Of a stretch of 64,000 nucleotides of DNA, positions 1-11,796 are shown piece after piece; positions within the stretch are counted from its first letter, which is position 1; every line of letters begins with the position of its first letter. The stretch comes from Phaeosaccion multiseriatum (Eukaryota > Protista > Ochrophyta, other classes), in assembly GCA_965112735.1 (NCBI GenBank), contig OZ218951.1, positions 5,208,001 to 5,272,000 of the forward strand, written 5' to 3'. The notes below the pieces were generated by a model that worked only from the letters and a program-made list of their open reading frames with translations, did no database searches and had not been told where the DNA came from. The position numbers were made by a program, and so were the translations under genes.

Positions 1-25
1 CGTCGGCTCCGGATCAGCAAGCAGC

Positions 26-3000
26 ATGGAGGTGGCTGTGGCGAGGCCCGAAGGCAGCGAGGAGGGAGCGGACAGCCCTGGGGTCTGCTCCATCTGCTTG
101 GACGTTCCTGAAGACCAGGGAGTCATCGGCTGTGTAAGTTTCTTCCTACACACCTGCCCTTCCTTTTCTCCGCCTGTTTGCTTCTTCTTTCCCCGGGAAA
201 GACCTACTGCCTTATACCGCGCACTCACGTAGTGACGTAGTGCCCCTGCCTTTTCTGGCCTGTGCTCCTTTGCCTGGGCCCTTCTTCGCACCATTTTTCT
301 TCTCCCGACTGCCCGGGAGCATGCGCAGCGTAACGACCCGCTACTGCCGCTGTAACCCGAGATGCTCCCCCGCTGCAGCTGACCGCTTGTCTCCCCCATC
401 CAAACCCTCGCTCTTGTGCATCCACCCGCTCCTCTCCCTGCTGCTGTCTCTGTCACTTGCCTCCTTTCTCATTCTCCACCACCTTTCATTTGTGACCCGC
501 CCACAAACACACACACACACGCACACACACACAACAGGGCCACATCTTCTGCTTCGACTGCATTCACAAATGGTCTCAGACGGAGAACACGTGCCCTCTC
601 TGCAAGACGCGCTTCACCTCCATCGAGGAATACAGCGCCGTTGTATCCGTGCCTCCTTCATCCGCAGGAGGTGGAGCAGCAGGGGCGGGAGGAAGCGAAC
701 GCACTCGCCCTCTTCGTGGAATGGGCATGGGAGGAGGCGGGACAGCAACAGCAGTAGCAACAGGAGCAGTTGGTGATGCGGCAGGCGGAGGGGGCGGCAG
801 CAGTGGTAGCAGCCCCAGGACGAGATCTTCGAAGCGCAAGGCACCCTCAGGAGTCTTGGGAGGAGGGGAAGGAGGAGGAGCTGAAGCAGGAGGAGCAGGA
901 GCAAGGAGGGGCGGGGGAGGAGGAGGAGGAAGGGGAGGCGGCAGAGGGAGGAAGAAGGCTCGCACCGTCAAAGTGAGCGACCGCGACCAGGCCAGTAATA
1001 TGGGCATGGGGCCTGGGGGAATGTTTGCGATGGGGCAGGGCATGGAGCGCCTGGCGGTGCTGGGGTTGGGACACATCCTCATGCCGGGCCTCGCCCCCTT
1101 CTTCCAGCGAGCAGTAGGTGCAGCGGCAGCGGCAGTAGGAAGGGCCGAGGGGGCGCCTGGAGCAGAAGGAGGAGCAGCGGCGGCGGCAGGAGCAGGAGGA
1201 GGAGGAGGAGGAGGAGGAGCAGGAGGAGGAGGAGGAGGAGGAGGTGTCCCGCGTGTGTACTTCCACGAGGTTGGCGTGGGGCCGCGGACAATGGCGGAGC
1301 TTCGTGAGCTCGTGCAGCAGCATCGCACACCCCCCCAGCCAAGGGCCGGCATAAGCGGCAGAACTGTGGGCAGGGGCAGACCTCTATCTGGGGTCAGGCG
1401 CCGCTCCGGGGCTGCTCTGCGTGCCGGCACTGGCTCTCCTCAACTCCCCGGGGCGGAGATGCGGCGCGATGCTGCTCGTGCTGCTACTGGCGGGGGTGCT
1501 GCTGCCGGCGGTGCTGCGGATGGATTTGACTTGGCAACGGGTGATTTTGCGGCTCTTTTTTCTGCGGCTGCAGCTGCGGCGACTGCTGCTCGACGAAACG
1601 GCCCTGAGGCTGGCTCTGCTGCTGCTCGACGAAACGGCCCTGAGGCTGAGGCTGGCTCTGCTGCTGCTCCTGCTGGGGCTGCTGCTGGTGCCGCCCCCCC
1701 GGCCGCGGTTCCCGGCTTCATTTTTGCCCAAGGAGAAGGAGCCGGAGGGGGTGCAGCAGGAGGAGGGGGGGCGCTCATAAATGAGATTGGGCAGCTGCTG
1801 GCCACCCATTTGCGCGGGGGGAGCAACTTGGCCGGATCGGATCCGTTGGGTTTTTTTTGGAACCACTTTGACCACTTTGGCGCAGCGCAGGTATTTATAC
1901 TATGGGGTGGTTAATCACTGATTAGTGGGTATAGACACAGACGTTGGATACTCACTCTGCTTTGTTGTGCTTTTGTGTGTGATTGATTCCTCGATGCTAG
2001 TTTTATTTCCCTGAATTTTGAGAAAGCCCGCTCTCTCCTCCCTCTTCCCTCCATTACGTTTGATTGTTTTGTGTGTTGGCATTGCCGTCCCTGTATGCCT
2101 CCCTACCCGGCCCATATACCTTTACCCCGGCATGGAGCCCCGCCCGATCCGCACCCCCTTTCTACCGCACATGGAATGTATTTGCTTTGCTCTATAATTG
2201 TACCCTCCCTTTTTTCCCCTCATCATTGTTCTTACATTTTGTGCGCTTCTTTTGTCCCCTTTTGTCGTTGTTCGTCTTCCCTCCCCTTCGCGTTCCTTCC
2301 GTCCTTCCTTCCTCCCTCCCTCCCTCCCTCCCTCCCTCCCTCCCTCCCTCCCTCCCTTCCTTACTTCTTTCCTCCCCCTCTACCTACCTATTTCCTTCCT
2401 CCCTCCCTTCCTTGCCTCCTTCCTTCCACCGTCGCCCAACCAATCGGCCACCACCGCAGCGCATGCCCCGAAGCCGTGGCCGTCCGGGCTCTGCAGGCTG
2501 GTCAGCAGACAATCCCCTCACTCTCGACAGCAGCGACGACGAAGAGCAAGCAGGGCAGGCAGGTCAGGGGGGTGGGGGAGGCGCCGCTGCTGCTGCACGA
2601 GGGGCCAGGGCAGGTCGAAGAGCATCCTCTGCGGCTGCGGCTGCTGCTGCTGCTGACGCTGCCCCAGAAGTGCGAGAGAGGACGAGGAGCGTTCGGTTCG
2701 CGGGCATGAACAGCAACAGCAGCAGCGAGAGGAGCGAGAGGAGCGAGCGGCTCACAAGGAGGTTTTCAGAGAGTAGCGTGGGGGGGGAGGGGGTAAGTAG
2801 GGACACTCGAAGCCCCACCGCCGGCGCCGTGAGAGGTCGCACTGCTGCTGCTGCTGCTGCTGGCGGAAGTGGTGGTGCGGCTGACTCACAGATGACTGCT
2901 GCCCACCGCCGAGGCATAATCCGACGCCGCCGCCAGTTTCAGGAGGAGAAGACGGAGGAGATGGAGGAGGAGGAGGAGGAGGGACAGCGACAGCGACAGC

Positions 3001-5163
3001 GACGATTGATCTCCCCCAACTTCTCCTCAGATTCCTCTACGGAGGACTCAGACATTGAAATCCTCGCATGCCCGCCTTCTTCACCGTTGAGAGCTGCAGC
3101 AGCGGCTTCTTCTTCTTCGTCGGAAAGAAGTGGGGGTCGTGCAGCTGCCGCGGCCGCTAGGGTGTCCGTGCTTGCCGACACTAAAGGAGGAGAAGCCGCA
3201 GCAACAGAACGAGGAGGAGTACAACGAGAAGTAGGAGAAAGAGGAGAAAGAGGGCGATATCCACCACCGCGGCGAGTCTCGTTGTCGGGCCTCTCAGCGC
3301 CGTTGCCCGCCTTTCCCGCAGCAGCAGCACCAGCGGCACCAGCAGTTGGTGATTCACCGTCGGGAGGAGAAGAAGGCACCCAAGGCGCTCGTCCGTCGGT
3401 CAACCCCACCAGCAACAGTGGCAGAAGCAGGAGAAGGAGCATCAATAGCAACAGGGGCACGAGGAGCAGTCCCTTGAGCGGCAGAATCACAGATAGCAGC
3501 CGCTCGAGCAGCAACCCGAGCGGGAGCACAGCGATCGCAGAGGACGGACGGGGTGACATGCGATGGACCGCAGTGAACTTCGGCGATGACTTAAGCTTCG
3601 ACATGGAGGCCTTTGTCATGCCCGTTACCATGCCTGTGGCCAACGCGGCTGCGATGGGACTCGCACCAAGACCCGGGGAAGAGGCCGAGGCGGTCTCTGC
3701 TTCCGCTGCTTCTTCTTCTTCTTCTTCTTCTTCTTCTTCTTCTTCTTCTTCTTCTTCTTCTTCTTCTTCTTCTTCTTCTTCTTCTTCTTCTTCTTCTTCT
3801 TCTCCTTCATCCTCAACCCTGCTGCGGCACCTTGCGGTACCCCCGAGGAGGGGTGCGGCGGTCGAACATGGTGGTAGTGCAGCTACTGGTGCTCGTGGTC
3901 GGCCTGCTCTGTGGGATAGTAGTAGTGACGAAGAAGACGTCGGCGACGACGACGAGGGCGCACGCGAATCTCAGGAGGGAGGTCGCAGCAGCAGGGGGTC
4001 TAAGACCAAGGCCAAGTCGAAGGCGAGGGCACGCACTGAGGCCAAGAAGGAGGAGTCGAGGGCCGGTCGCGACAGTAGAGGGGAAGGGGGGGCGGGCAGG
4101 GCTACTCGAGGCAAAAGGCCTTTGCTATCGGTCTTTGCAAGAGCGGAGGGGGGTGCCGCGTCATCCACGACGGGTGGGGGGGTGAGAGGGCGGCGTAGGC
4201 CACCACTTGGAGGCGCACGTGGTGGTACAGCAGTTGGCAGTACAGCAGCAGCAGCGGCAGGAGGAGGAAGAGAAGGAGCAGGAGAAGGAGGAGGAGGAGG
4301 AGGAGGAGGAGGAGGAGGAGGAGGAGGAGGAGGAGGAGGGGGAGGAGCAGGAGCAGGAGGAGGAGATGGCAATAGCAATGGCCTGCTCATGTCTGCCACT
4401 ATTCGCGTGCCGCAAGGCCTCGCGTCCCTCATAGAGAGCATGTTAGGAGGAGGAGGGGCAGAAGGAGGAACCGCAGTAAGAGGAGGAGGAGGAGGAGAAG
4501 GAGGAGCAGCACCAGCAGCAGGAGCAGCAGCAGGAGGGGGGAGCAACAGTGCGTTTGTGCAGCCGATGTTCGGAAGAGGAGGAGGCAGCGGAGGCGGAGG
4601 CGGACCTTCAGACGGGGTTCCCGGGAGAGCTCGGCCTCTTGTTGGAGGGAGGAGGGAAGGAGTAGGTGGCGGCGCCGACGACGATGGCATGTCTGACTCA
4701 CCCGCCTCGGCCTCCTCCTCAGGCATTGGCGCTGGCACTGGGCCTGGTGCGAGGATTGCCCGAGTGTTTGATGCAGCCCGTTCCCGCCGCGCCGCTTGGC
4801 CGTCCGCAGGAGTCGCAGGAGCAACAGCAGCAGGGGGGGGGGGGGGGAGAAGGCCAAGTAGAAGGAGACAGCGGAGGAAGCAGGCCCCATGGGGGCGCCC
4901 AGGCCCAGGCCCAGGCTCAAGCGATCCAAGAGGCCTCTGGCTCTGGCTTGGACAGGCTCCGGCGGCAGTTCCAGGGCCCGATGGCGACGACCTCTACTAC
5001 CACCAACTCGACCACCAGAACCACAAGCGGCGGCACCTGGCTGAGGCGGCTACGGGGAGTCCTTGCTGACGAGAGCGGCAGCAGTAGCATAGAGAGTGGT
5101 GGCGAGAGCGTGGATCTCGGTCGGGGTGCAGCTGCTGATGATACAGACAGTGAACTCGGCTGA
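26..5163 (+). CDS. RING-HC (C3HC4) zinc-finger protein with long Gly/Ala/Ser low-complexity region, probable E3 ubiquitin ligase; exons 26-133, 538-1890, 2460-5069 (or 5163)
   Basis: Joining GT at 134 to AG at 537 restores CSICLD..GC|GHIFCFDCIHKWSQTENTCPLCKTRF, in frame with ORF 649..1914. GT at 1891 and CAG at 2459 join to the frame of ORF 2064..5069. The 3' end is uncertain because of a G15 run at 4833-4847. Confidence 0.8.
3710..3800 (+). repeat. (TCT)n microsatellite encoding poly-Ser
   Basis: Pure TCT run inside exon 3 of the RING gene. Confidence 0.95.
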
Positions 5164-6133
5164 TGTGTGTGGGGAGGGCTTCTCGCGTCTACTTTGGATT
5201 CGACAGCGGGACCTTCGAGTTAGAGGCGCCTCTCGGATGGGAGCAGAGGAGGGGGGGGGGGGGAGGGGAAGGAGGAGGAAAGGGAGGAAAGAGCAGTATT
5301 CCATCATATTTCTCTCTTCCCTTTTTTTGTTCTTGTATATGTGATTTGTTTTTGATGGGTTGAGTGGGTGGGTGAGTGGCTGGGGTTTTTGATGGGGTTG
5401 GGTGGGGGGTCTGGGATTGTGGTTACGTCCAACCAAGCATGTACCTCACGAAACGATACGTGTTGGGCCGCGTATGGTTGGGCCACAAACATGGGTGACT
5501 CATGGGGGGAGGTGGCAGCGGATGGGAGGGTGTGGGGACGGGGGGGATTGTGACACATGTCAGTACAAGGGGCATACAAACACAGTTATTGGTTTACATT
5601 ATGGAAAGGACGATATATGTATTCTTTTGCGTATCTACTTACACACTTGTGGCCTCGAGGGATATATTGAACACGTCGAAATCGATATCGACAGCCTCGA
5701 GAGGCATTCCAAATCGTGAGGCTCTCGTGAGGCTTCGAGTACGGAGTCTGAGGGGACATACATACGCCTTGTTTGTAGAGACAAGGGGTCCTCACAACTC
5801 CCTCATGGGCCCACATATACTCTCCTCCATGCCCACACTCAATATATAATATACATACACATGTACATGTATGTATTTCTCCCCCATCTTATCATTCCTC
5901 GGAATATGTATATGTAAGCGCCTTTCCACTCCCATCACGTCTCGTCTCACCTCCCTTCCCACCTCTTGAGATCCACCTTCCAAGGGGTTTGAGTATATCC
6001 GTGGTGTCTATCCAGGCTCCTCGCCATGCATGGTACACCTTCGAATGCCCATCTCGCTCCCCATTCCCACTCCATACACCCCCCTCTCAGTCTCCATGTC
6101 CATCTCTCACTCCCCACCCTGCACATCTGTACC

Positions 6134-7955
6134 TCAGGCCTTGTTGAAGGAGGTCTTGGCCACCTCAATCAGCCCAGAGAGAGCCGTAATGCCCGCGATT
6201 CTGAAGGTCGAGTACATGAGCCAGAGACTCGACAGCAGAGGAGATGCCACAACCTGCGCCGACCGCAGCACTGGTCTAGTCTTGCGTGCAAGCCACCTGC
6301 CCAGGTCGGTGGACAGGAAGATATTGACGGGGGTGGCCACAAACGCCACCGCCCCATCGAGTGCGTTGAGCCTCTCAACCACGTACACCGTGTTGCGGTG
6401 CAACTTCACTTGACACATCCTCCTCTCTCCTATACCACTACCATTTGTGTCTCCGCCTTCTCCTCGTCCTCCTCGTCCTCTTCGTCGTCGTCGTCGTCCT
6501 CCTCCTCCTCCTCCTCCTCCTCCTCCTCCTCCTCCTCCTCCTCCTCCTCCTCCTTCTCCTCCTCCTCCCCCTCCTCCCCAGCCACCACCACCACCGTCGT
6601 CACCACCACCACCCCTCCCATCCATCGACACCCTCCTCCCGCCTCCTCCCATGCCGCCTCCTCCCCCCCCACTGCCATCCATGTTCATGTCACGAACCGC
6701 GCTCGGGGAGGGGAAGGACACAAGAAGGTACGGCTCACGCACCCTCCTCACCACCATTGGCTCCTTAAAAGGGAAGACCTTCGAGTCTGGAGAGCGCAGG
6801 ATGGGCTCCAGGCAGACCACGTCGTTGAGCTGAGGGGACATGCCCTTGGGCTCGTACCTGGGGCGCGATGGCAATGCATGGACGATGGAGGGATGGCAAT
6901 GGATGGCCAATGGGGATGGCAGTGGATGGATGATGTGAGTACATGTGTGTGTGTGAGAGAGAGAGTGTGTGTGCTGTGTGTGTGTGTGAGAGAGAGAGTG
7001 AGACGGCGTTTGTGCGTGTGTCTCCCCACCCCACCACCACCCCACTCCACCCCACCCCAGCGGGCGAAAGAGCGTAGGACTTACTCGACGATGAGATGCA
7101 CCCGTCCCTTGGGCTGTGCAACACCCAGGAAGAGAGAGAGAGAGAGAGGGAGAACAAACGGAGAAGCCAGGCAGGCAGACCGGCCAACATATGGGGGAGG
7201 GGGGAAGGTAAGGGAAAGAGCAAGGAAAGGGAGGCAGTAGGGGGGGGGGGGAGAGGAGAGAGGGAATAAAAAAGAAGAGGCGTCATCTTCAAAGGTTGAC
7301 TATAGATGGGCAATACGCATGGGACTGAGTGACAGAGAACGAGTACAGCAAGGCAAAGCAAGACGACAGCTCTCTTTCTTTCTTCCTTTCTCTCTCTCCC
7401 TCTCTTTCTCTCCCTGCCCTCCTCTCTCTGCGGTGGCCGTGTGATACACAATCGTTTCGCCCCGCCGTTACACGCCCCTTGCACCCCCTCCTTACCCTCC
7501 CCCTGTCCCAACCCAATCTCTCCTAGTACCACTACAGACCTAACCACACCCACCCACACCCAACCACATCCAATCCCCCCATCCACACCCACACGCATCC
7601 ACCCACCAAACCACATCCACACGCACCCACCCTCACCCACACCCACACCCACACCCACACCCACACCACAACAACAACCACATGCACCCCGACCCACCCC
7701 ACACGCGCACCTACCCAACCCACCCAACCCACCCAACCACATCCACACCCACACCCACCTGTAGTTCCACCCACTCGTCCAGCATCTCTGCCTCCCCCCT
7801 CAGCAGCGGAGTGATGTCCATCACACCCATCCCCAGCACATCCGCTGCCCTCCCTCCTGTCACGGAGCTCATCACGTTGTTGACGACGCCGCGGATGATG
7901 TGCTGACTGTTGAGGGCCTGGTGAAGGGCAGGTTAGGGGTCAGGGGTAGGGTGAG

Positions 7956-7986
<31 letters not shown>

Positions 7987-9244
7987 GGAGTGAGGGTGAG
8001 GGTCAGGGTGGGGGTGAGAGTGAGGGTGGGTGTCAGGGTGGGGGTGAGGGAGAGGGTGAGGGTCAGGGTCAGGGTTAGGGTGAGAGTGAGGGTGAGGGTG
8101 AGGGTAAGGGTAACGGTGAGGGTGGGGGTGGGGGTGAGGGTAAGGGTGAGGGTGAGCGAGGGTGAGGGTGAGAGTGAGGGTGAGGGTGAGAGTGAGGGTG
8201 AGGGTGAGGCTGACTGTTAGGGTAAGGCAGGGCAAGGTAAGGTAGGGTAGGGTAGGGTCGGGTCGGGAAGGGTAGGGTGGGGTAGGGTAGGGTAGGACGG
8301 GGGAGGGTAGGGTACGGTGGGGTCGGGTAGAGTAGGGTAGGGGGCAGGAAGAAGGAAGAGGTGTGGATGGATGGGTGAGTAGGGTGAGGGTGGGGAGTAG
8401 CAGGGTGGGTAGTGGTGGGCAGTCACTCACATGCACATCCATAAAGACTCCCTCTCCGCCCCTGACTGCGCCCTTGACGAGCTCCATGCTCAGCAGCTCC
8501 TTTGCCCACTTGGGGTTGCTGACTCCCTCGATACCCAATGAGCTGCGGGCAAAGGACCTGCCCGGCAGGCCGGTCTGAATGAAGGGCACAAGGCCGCTGC
8601 TGCGACCCTTCCCCTTCCCCTTCCCCCGGGTCTGTGTGTGGCTCGCGTTGAACATGCCCTCCATCTCCTGCAAGTCCACTGCGGCTAACAGGCGGACCTA
8701 TCCACGGGGGGCGGGAATGGCAGTGGTGGAGGAGGATACAGATGGCGGGGAGGGAGGAGGGAGGAGGGAGGAGGGAGGAGGAGGGGGAGGGAAAAGCGAG
8801 GAGAGAAGGAGAAGGAGAGGGAGGGGGGGGAGGAGTGGGATATGTGTGGGAAGGGAATCCAGTAGAGCCTCTCATGTCACAGCAACAGCAACCATCAAGC
8901 GTAATTTCACATTCACAGCGAGGCGCACCCTTCCTCTCCCAACCCTCTCAAAGCTGGCTGTCCAACAAACATCGAGGACTCCTTTCGGTCCACTCCGCTG
9001 CCCCCTCCCCCGGAAAATCCCTCCACACCTCCGGTTCACTCACCCGCACGAAACCAGACACGCCGTTCTGATGGTCTGCATAACGATAGTCTTGCCCTTG
9101 AAAGGTCAAGTGCTCCCGCCACACCGGCACGTGGTCTCGACGGTGCGAGGAGGACGATGAGCTGAGCGGTCTATCGCTGCGACAACCGTTACTGCTGTTG
9201 CCATTCGCGTCCGGCTGCTGCGCTCGGGCCCCCATTCTATTCAT
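6134..9244 (-). CDS. C2-domain-containing protein; exons ~9244-9044, 8697-8429, 7917-7759, 7113-7085, 6857-6134
   Basis: Spliced product GFVR|VRLLAAVDL..PFIQ..SNPKW..DVLGMGVMDITPLL..LDEWVELQ|PKGRVHLIVE|YEP follows the C2 beta-sandwich pattern. Canonical GT-AG boundaries with consistent phases. Confidence 0.7.
7931..8210. repeat. Degenerate (GGGTGA)n hexamer repeat, intronic
   Basis: Tandem GGGTGA/GGGTCA/GGGTAA units inside an intron of the C2 gene, followed by (GGGTA)n. Confidence 0.9.
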
Positions 9245-10342
9245 ATTTCCTTTCTACGTATTCCCCCCTCTTCTTCGTTGACTCCCTTTTTTTCCCTTCT
9301 TTACATCTTCCCCCACTACTTCCTGGAGAAGGAAATACTACTAACGAGGCTAATGGTGAGACAGAGAGCAGGAAGGCCCTATGTAGAGGTTCTATTGGAG
9401 GGAGGGAAGAGGCGAGGTGATGGCTGCAAGGGGAAGTAAGAAAGGGAGGGGAAAATGTAGAGGAGGTCGAAATTAAAAATCGATTTCCTCGATATCGATC
9501 CAAACTGAGAGAGCGAGGCCGAGAGTGAAGAGAGTAAACTGCGGCCGAAAGCGAAAGCCCAGAAGCCAGGGGCTGGGCTGCGACCAGCAGAAGCCAGTCA
9601 CCAGCGGGAAAGAGTGACAAGGCATTTTTTTTTTCTTTTTCATGCATTCTTCATTCTTCATACGACGTTGCACCTTCAATACGGGGCGACCTGGCCCTCC
9701 CCCACCTCAATCAGGATGGGGGAGGAGTAGTATTACTATTCACCCACCCACCCACCACCCACCCACACACACACACACACTCACACTCACACACGCGAAC
9801 ACGCACACACGCTTCGATTCGACCATGATTAATTAGGTGACTAATTGAAGTCAGTATGGTGTTAAGAGAGAGGGTTGGAGTGGTGAGGAGAGGGCATACA
9901 TCTCCGGCCCGGCCGAAGGGGCAACACACTATGAAAAAGATATGCAAGAGCGTACTCAGGTTCTGAAAGAGACACAGTCTTTCAAACATGAGCACCTGCC
10001 TTCTGACGCGCCCGATAGATACCCCTCCAAACAGTCCAGACGCACGGAAGCAGCGAGGGAGGGAGCGAGGGCTCACCTTCATCTGCAAGAGGACCCATCA
10101 GACCCACGTCATCCTCTTCCGTCTCTCTTCCACAACAACCCTTTGCGTGAAGTGAAGTGGCTGGAAGTGCCCAGAGCAATGCCCCTATCCAGCATCCGGG
10201 GGCTGATGTGAGCAATTGGTACTTTGACCTCAGCAGACGCGAGGGGGGTGGGATAAGGTACCAATGTTGCTAGAGGCCACCTACTGCCCTCCCTGAATGG
10301 CCACCCACTTCCCTCCTTCTCCGTCTTGCTTGAGCTCTTAGC

Positions 10343-10669
10343 TCAGACCATCGCTTCCACTCCAAGTCCACTCGCTACTGATGTTGGTACTACTCCCCCG
10401 TCGCCAGCTCTCCCCCCCCCTCCTCCCTCTCCTCCCCACCCCTGCAGCCCACCCCCTCCGTTGGTCCGACTGGGGGCCAGCAGGACGGGGAGGACGAGAA
10501 TCGCCGATACACTCTCAGCGAAGATCCGAATAGCCACGGCAAACAGCAGCCACATTAGCGGCGCGATAAAGAGGGCGAAGATAATTGGACCTACGGATCC
10601 ACTCACAAACCTGCAAGAGCGTACAGAGGAGGAGGAGGAGGAGGAGGAGGGGGAGGAGGGGGAGGGGGA

Positions 10670-10703
<34 letters not shown>

Positions 10704-11560
10704 GAGGAGGAGGAGGAGGAGGAGGAGGAGGAGGAGGAGGAGGAGGAGGAGGAGGAGGAGGAGGAGGAGGAGGAGGAGGAGGAGGAGGAGGAGGAGGAGG
10801 AGGAGGAGGAGGAGGAGGAGGAGGAGGAGGAGGAGGAGGAGGAGGAGGAGGAGGAGGAGGAGGAGGAGGAGGAGGAGGAGGAGGAAGAGGAGGCAAGATT
10901 ATTGGTTAGACAGGTCGCGGAGAAGAGCAAGGCCAGACGGTCGACCCCTGACACGCTATCCGCTATCACCGGCGCCAGCCGGCGCGCTATCCGCTATCGG
11001 CCGCGCGCTATCGAGAAAGTGGGCGATAGCGTGTCAGGGGTCGACAGACGGCTGAGGTCGGCGTCGGCGTGTGCTCCCGATTGGTATGGGAAGTTCTTTC
11101 TTCTTCCCGACTTCAACCGAAGCAGTACATAAACCCATAAGCCCATGTCACGTACATGGCAACGATGATAATGATGTAGAAGAGGGCGTTCAGTGATTGA
11201 GCCAGCCCGAAGAAGAAGGGCATCCATGCCTGCGGATGGAAGGGCGGAAGGTGAGGGAGGAGAGAACGCGTTGGGGGAGAGGACAAGAAACGACGCAAAC
11301 AAGTGAGAGAGATGAGTCTAGCTACCAGCAGAAAGTAGACATATCACGTGAAGGAGAGAGGGGAAGAGACAGAGGAGGGATGAGAGAAGGCAGGAGAGGA
11401 TCCGCTGAGAGAGAGAGAGAGAGAGACCAATATTCCAGCGGACCTGGGCTTGCCATTGCTTGTAACTCAGAAGAGCGGAGAAGCTTATCCTCTGGCGGGG
11501 GATGGGTGTGCTCTCCAAGAGGTGAGGGAGGTTGGGTGAGAACGCCTGAACGGACTCCAT
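10343..11560 (-). CDS. Small membrane protein, DUF4282-like; exons 11560-11444, 11229-~11120, ~10610-10343
   Basis: MESVQ..FSALLSYKQWQAQ|AWMPFFFGLAQSLNALFYIIIIVAMYVTWAYGF|..GPIIFALFIAPLMWLLFAVAIRIFAESVSAILV gives two TM helices ending in RxxxE. Intron 1 is phase 0 GT-AG. Intron 2 boundaries are ambiguous. Confidence 0.6.
10627..10892. repeat. (GGA)n/(TCC)n microsatellite, intronic
   Basis: About 260 bp near-pure trinucleotide run; explains the poly-E/R/S/P ORFs in the track. Confidence 0.95.
10941..11044 (-). mobile_element. MITE-like palindromic element, copy 1
   Basis: Perfect 20-bp TIR TCGACCCCTGACACGCTATC / GATAGCGTGTCAGGGGTCGA, flanked by the direct repeat CAGACGG (10934-10940, 11045-11051). 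Homologous to copies at 17324 and 41291, in opposite orientation. Confidence 0.8.
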
Positions 11561-11796
11561 AATCCCGTTATAAAGATGGAGTAGAGGCTGCAGGAGCTAA
11601 AGAGAGATGGAAATGAGGCTCGAGGAGCTAAAAAGGGACGAAAGGGAAGTAGTAGAGGGTCCAGAAGCTGAAGAGAGATGGAAGGGAGCTGAGAAGAGAA
11701 GAGAGAACGAGAGAACTGAAGGGGAAGGAGGCTAGCCTAAAAGTAACGACTTTTAAGGCTCCTTTCCTCATTGGGGTACAATGCAATGCTGAAGAT

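Noticed and set aside
7931-8210. Possible interstitial telomere
   Set aside because: Units are mostly GGGTGA with only isolated TTAGGG; this is an ordinary intronic microsatellite.
9942-10211. 89-aa ORF between the C2 and DUF4282-like genes
   Set aside because: No recognisable motif or splice support; probably UTR or intergenic.
10326-11132. 268-aa poly-Glu ORF and overlapping poly-R/P/S ORFs
   Set aside because: They are translations of an intronic (GGA)n tract plus the palindromic element; the real gene is on the minus strand.
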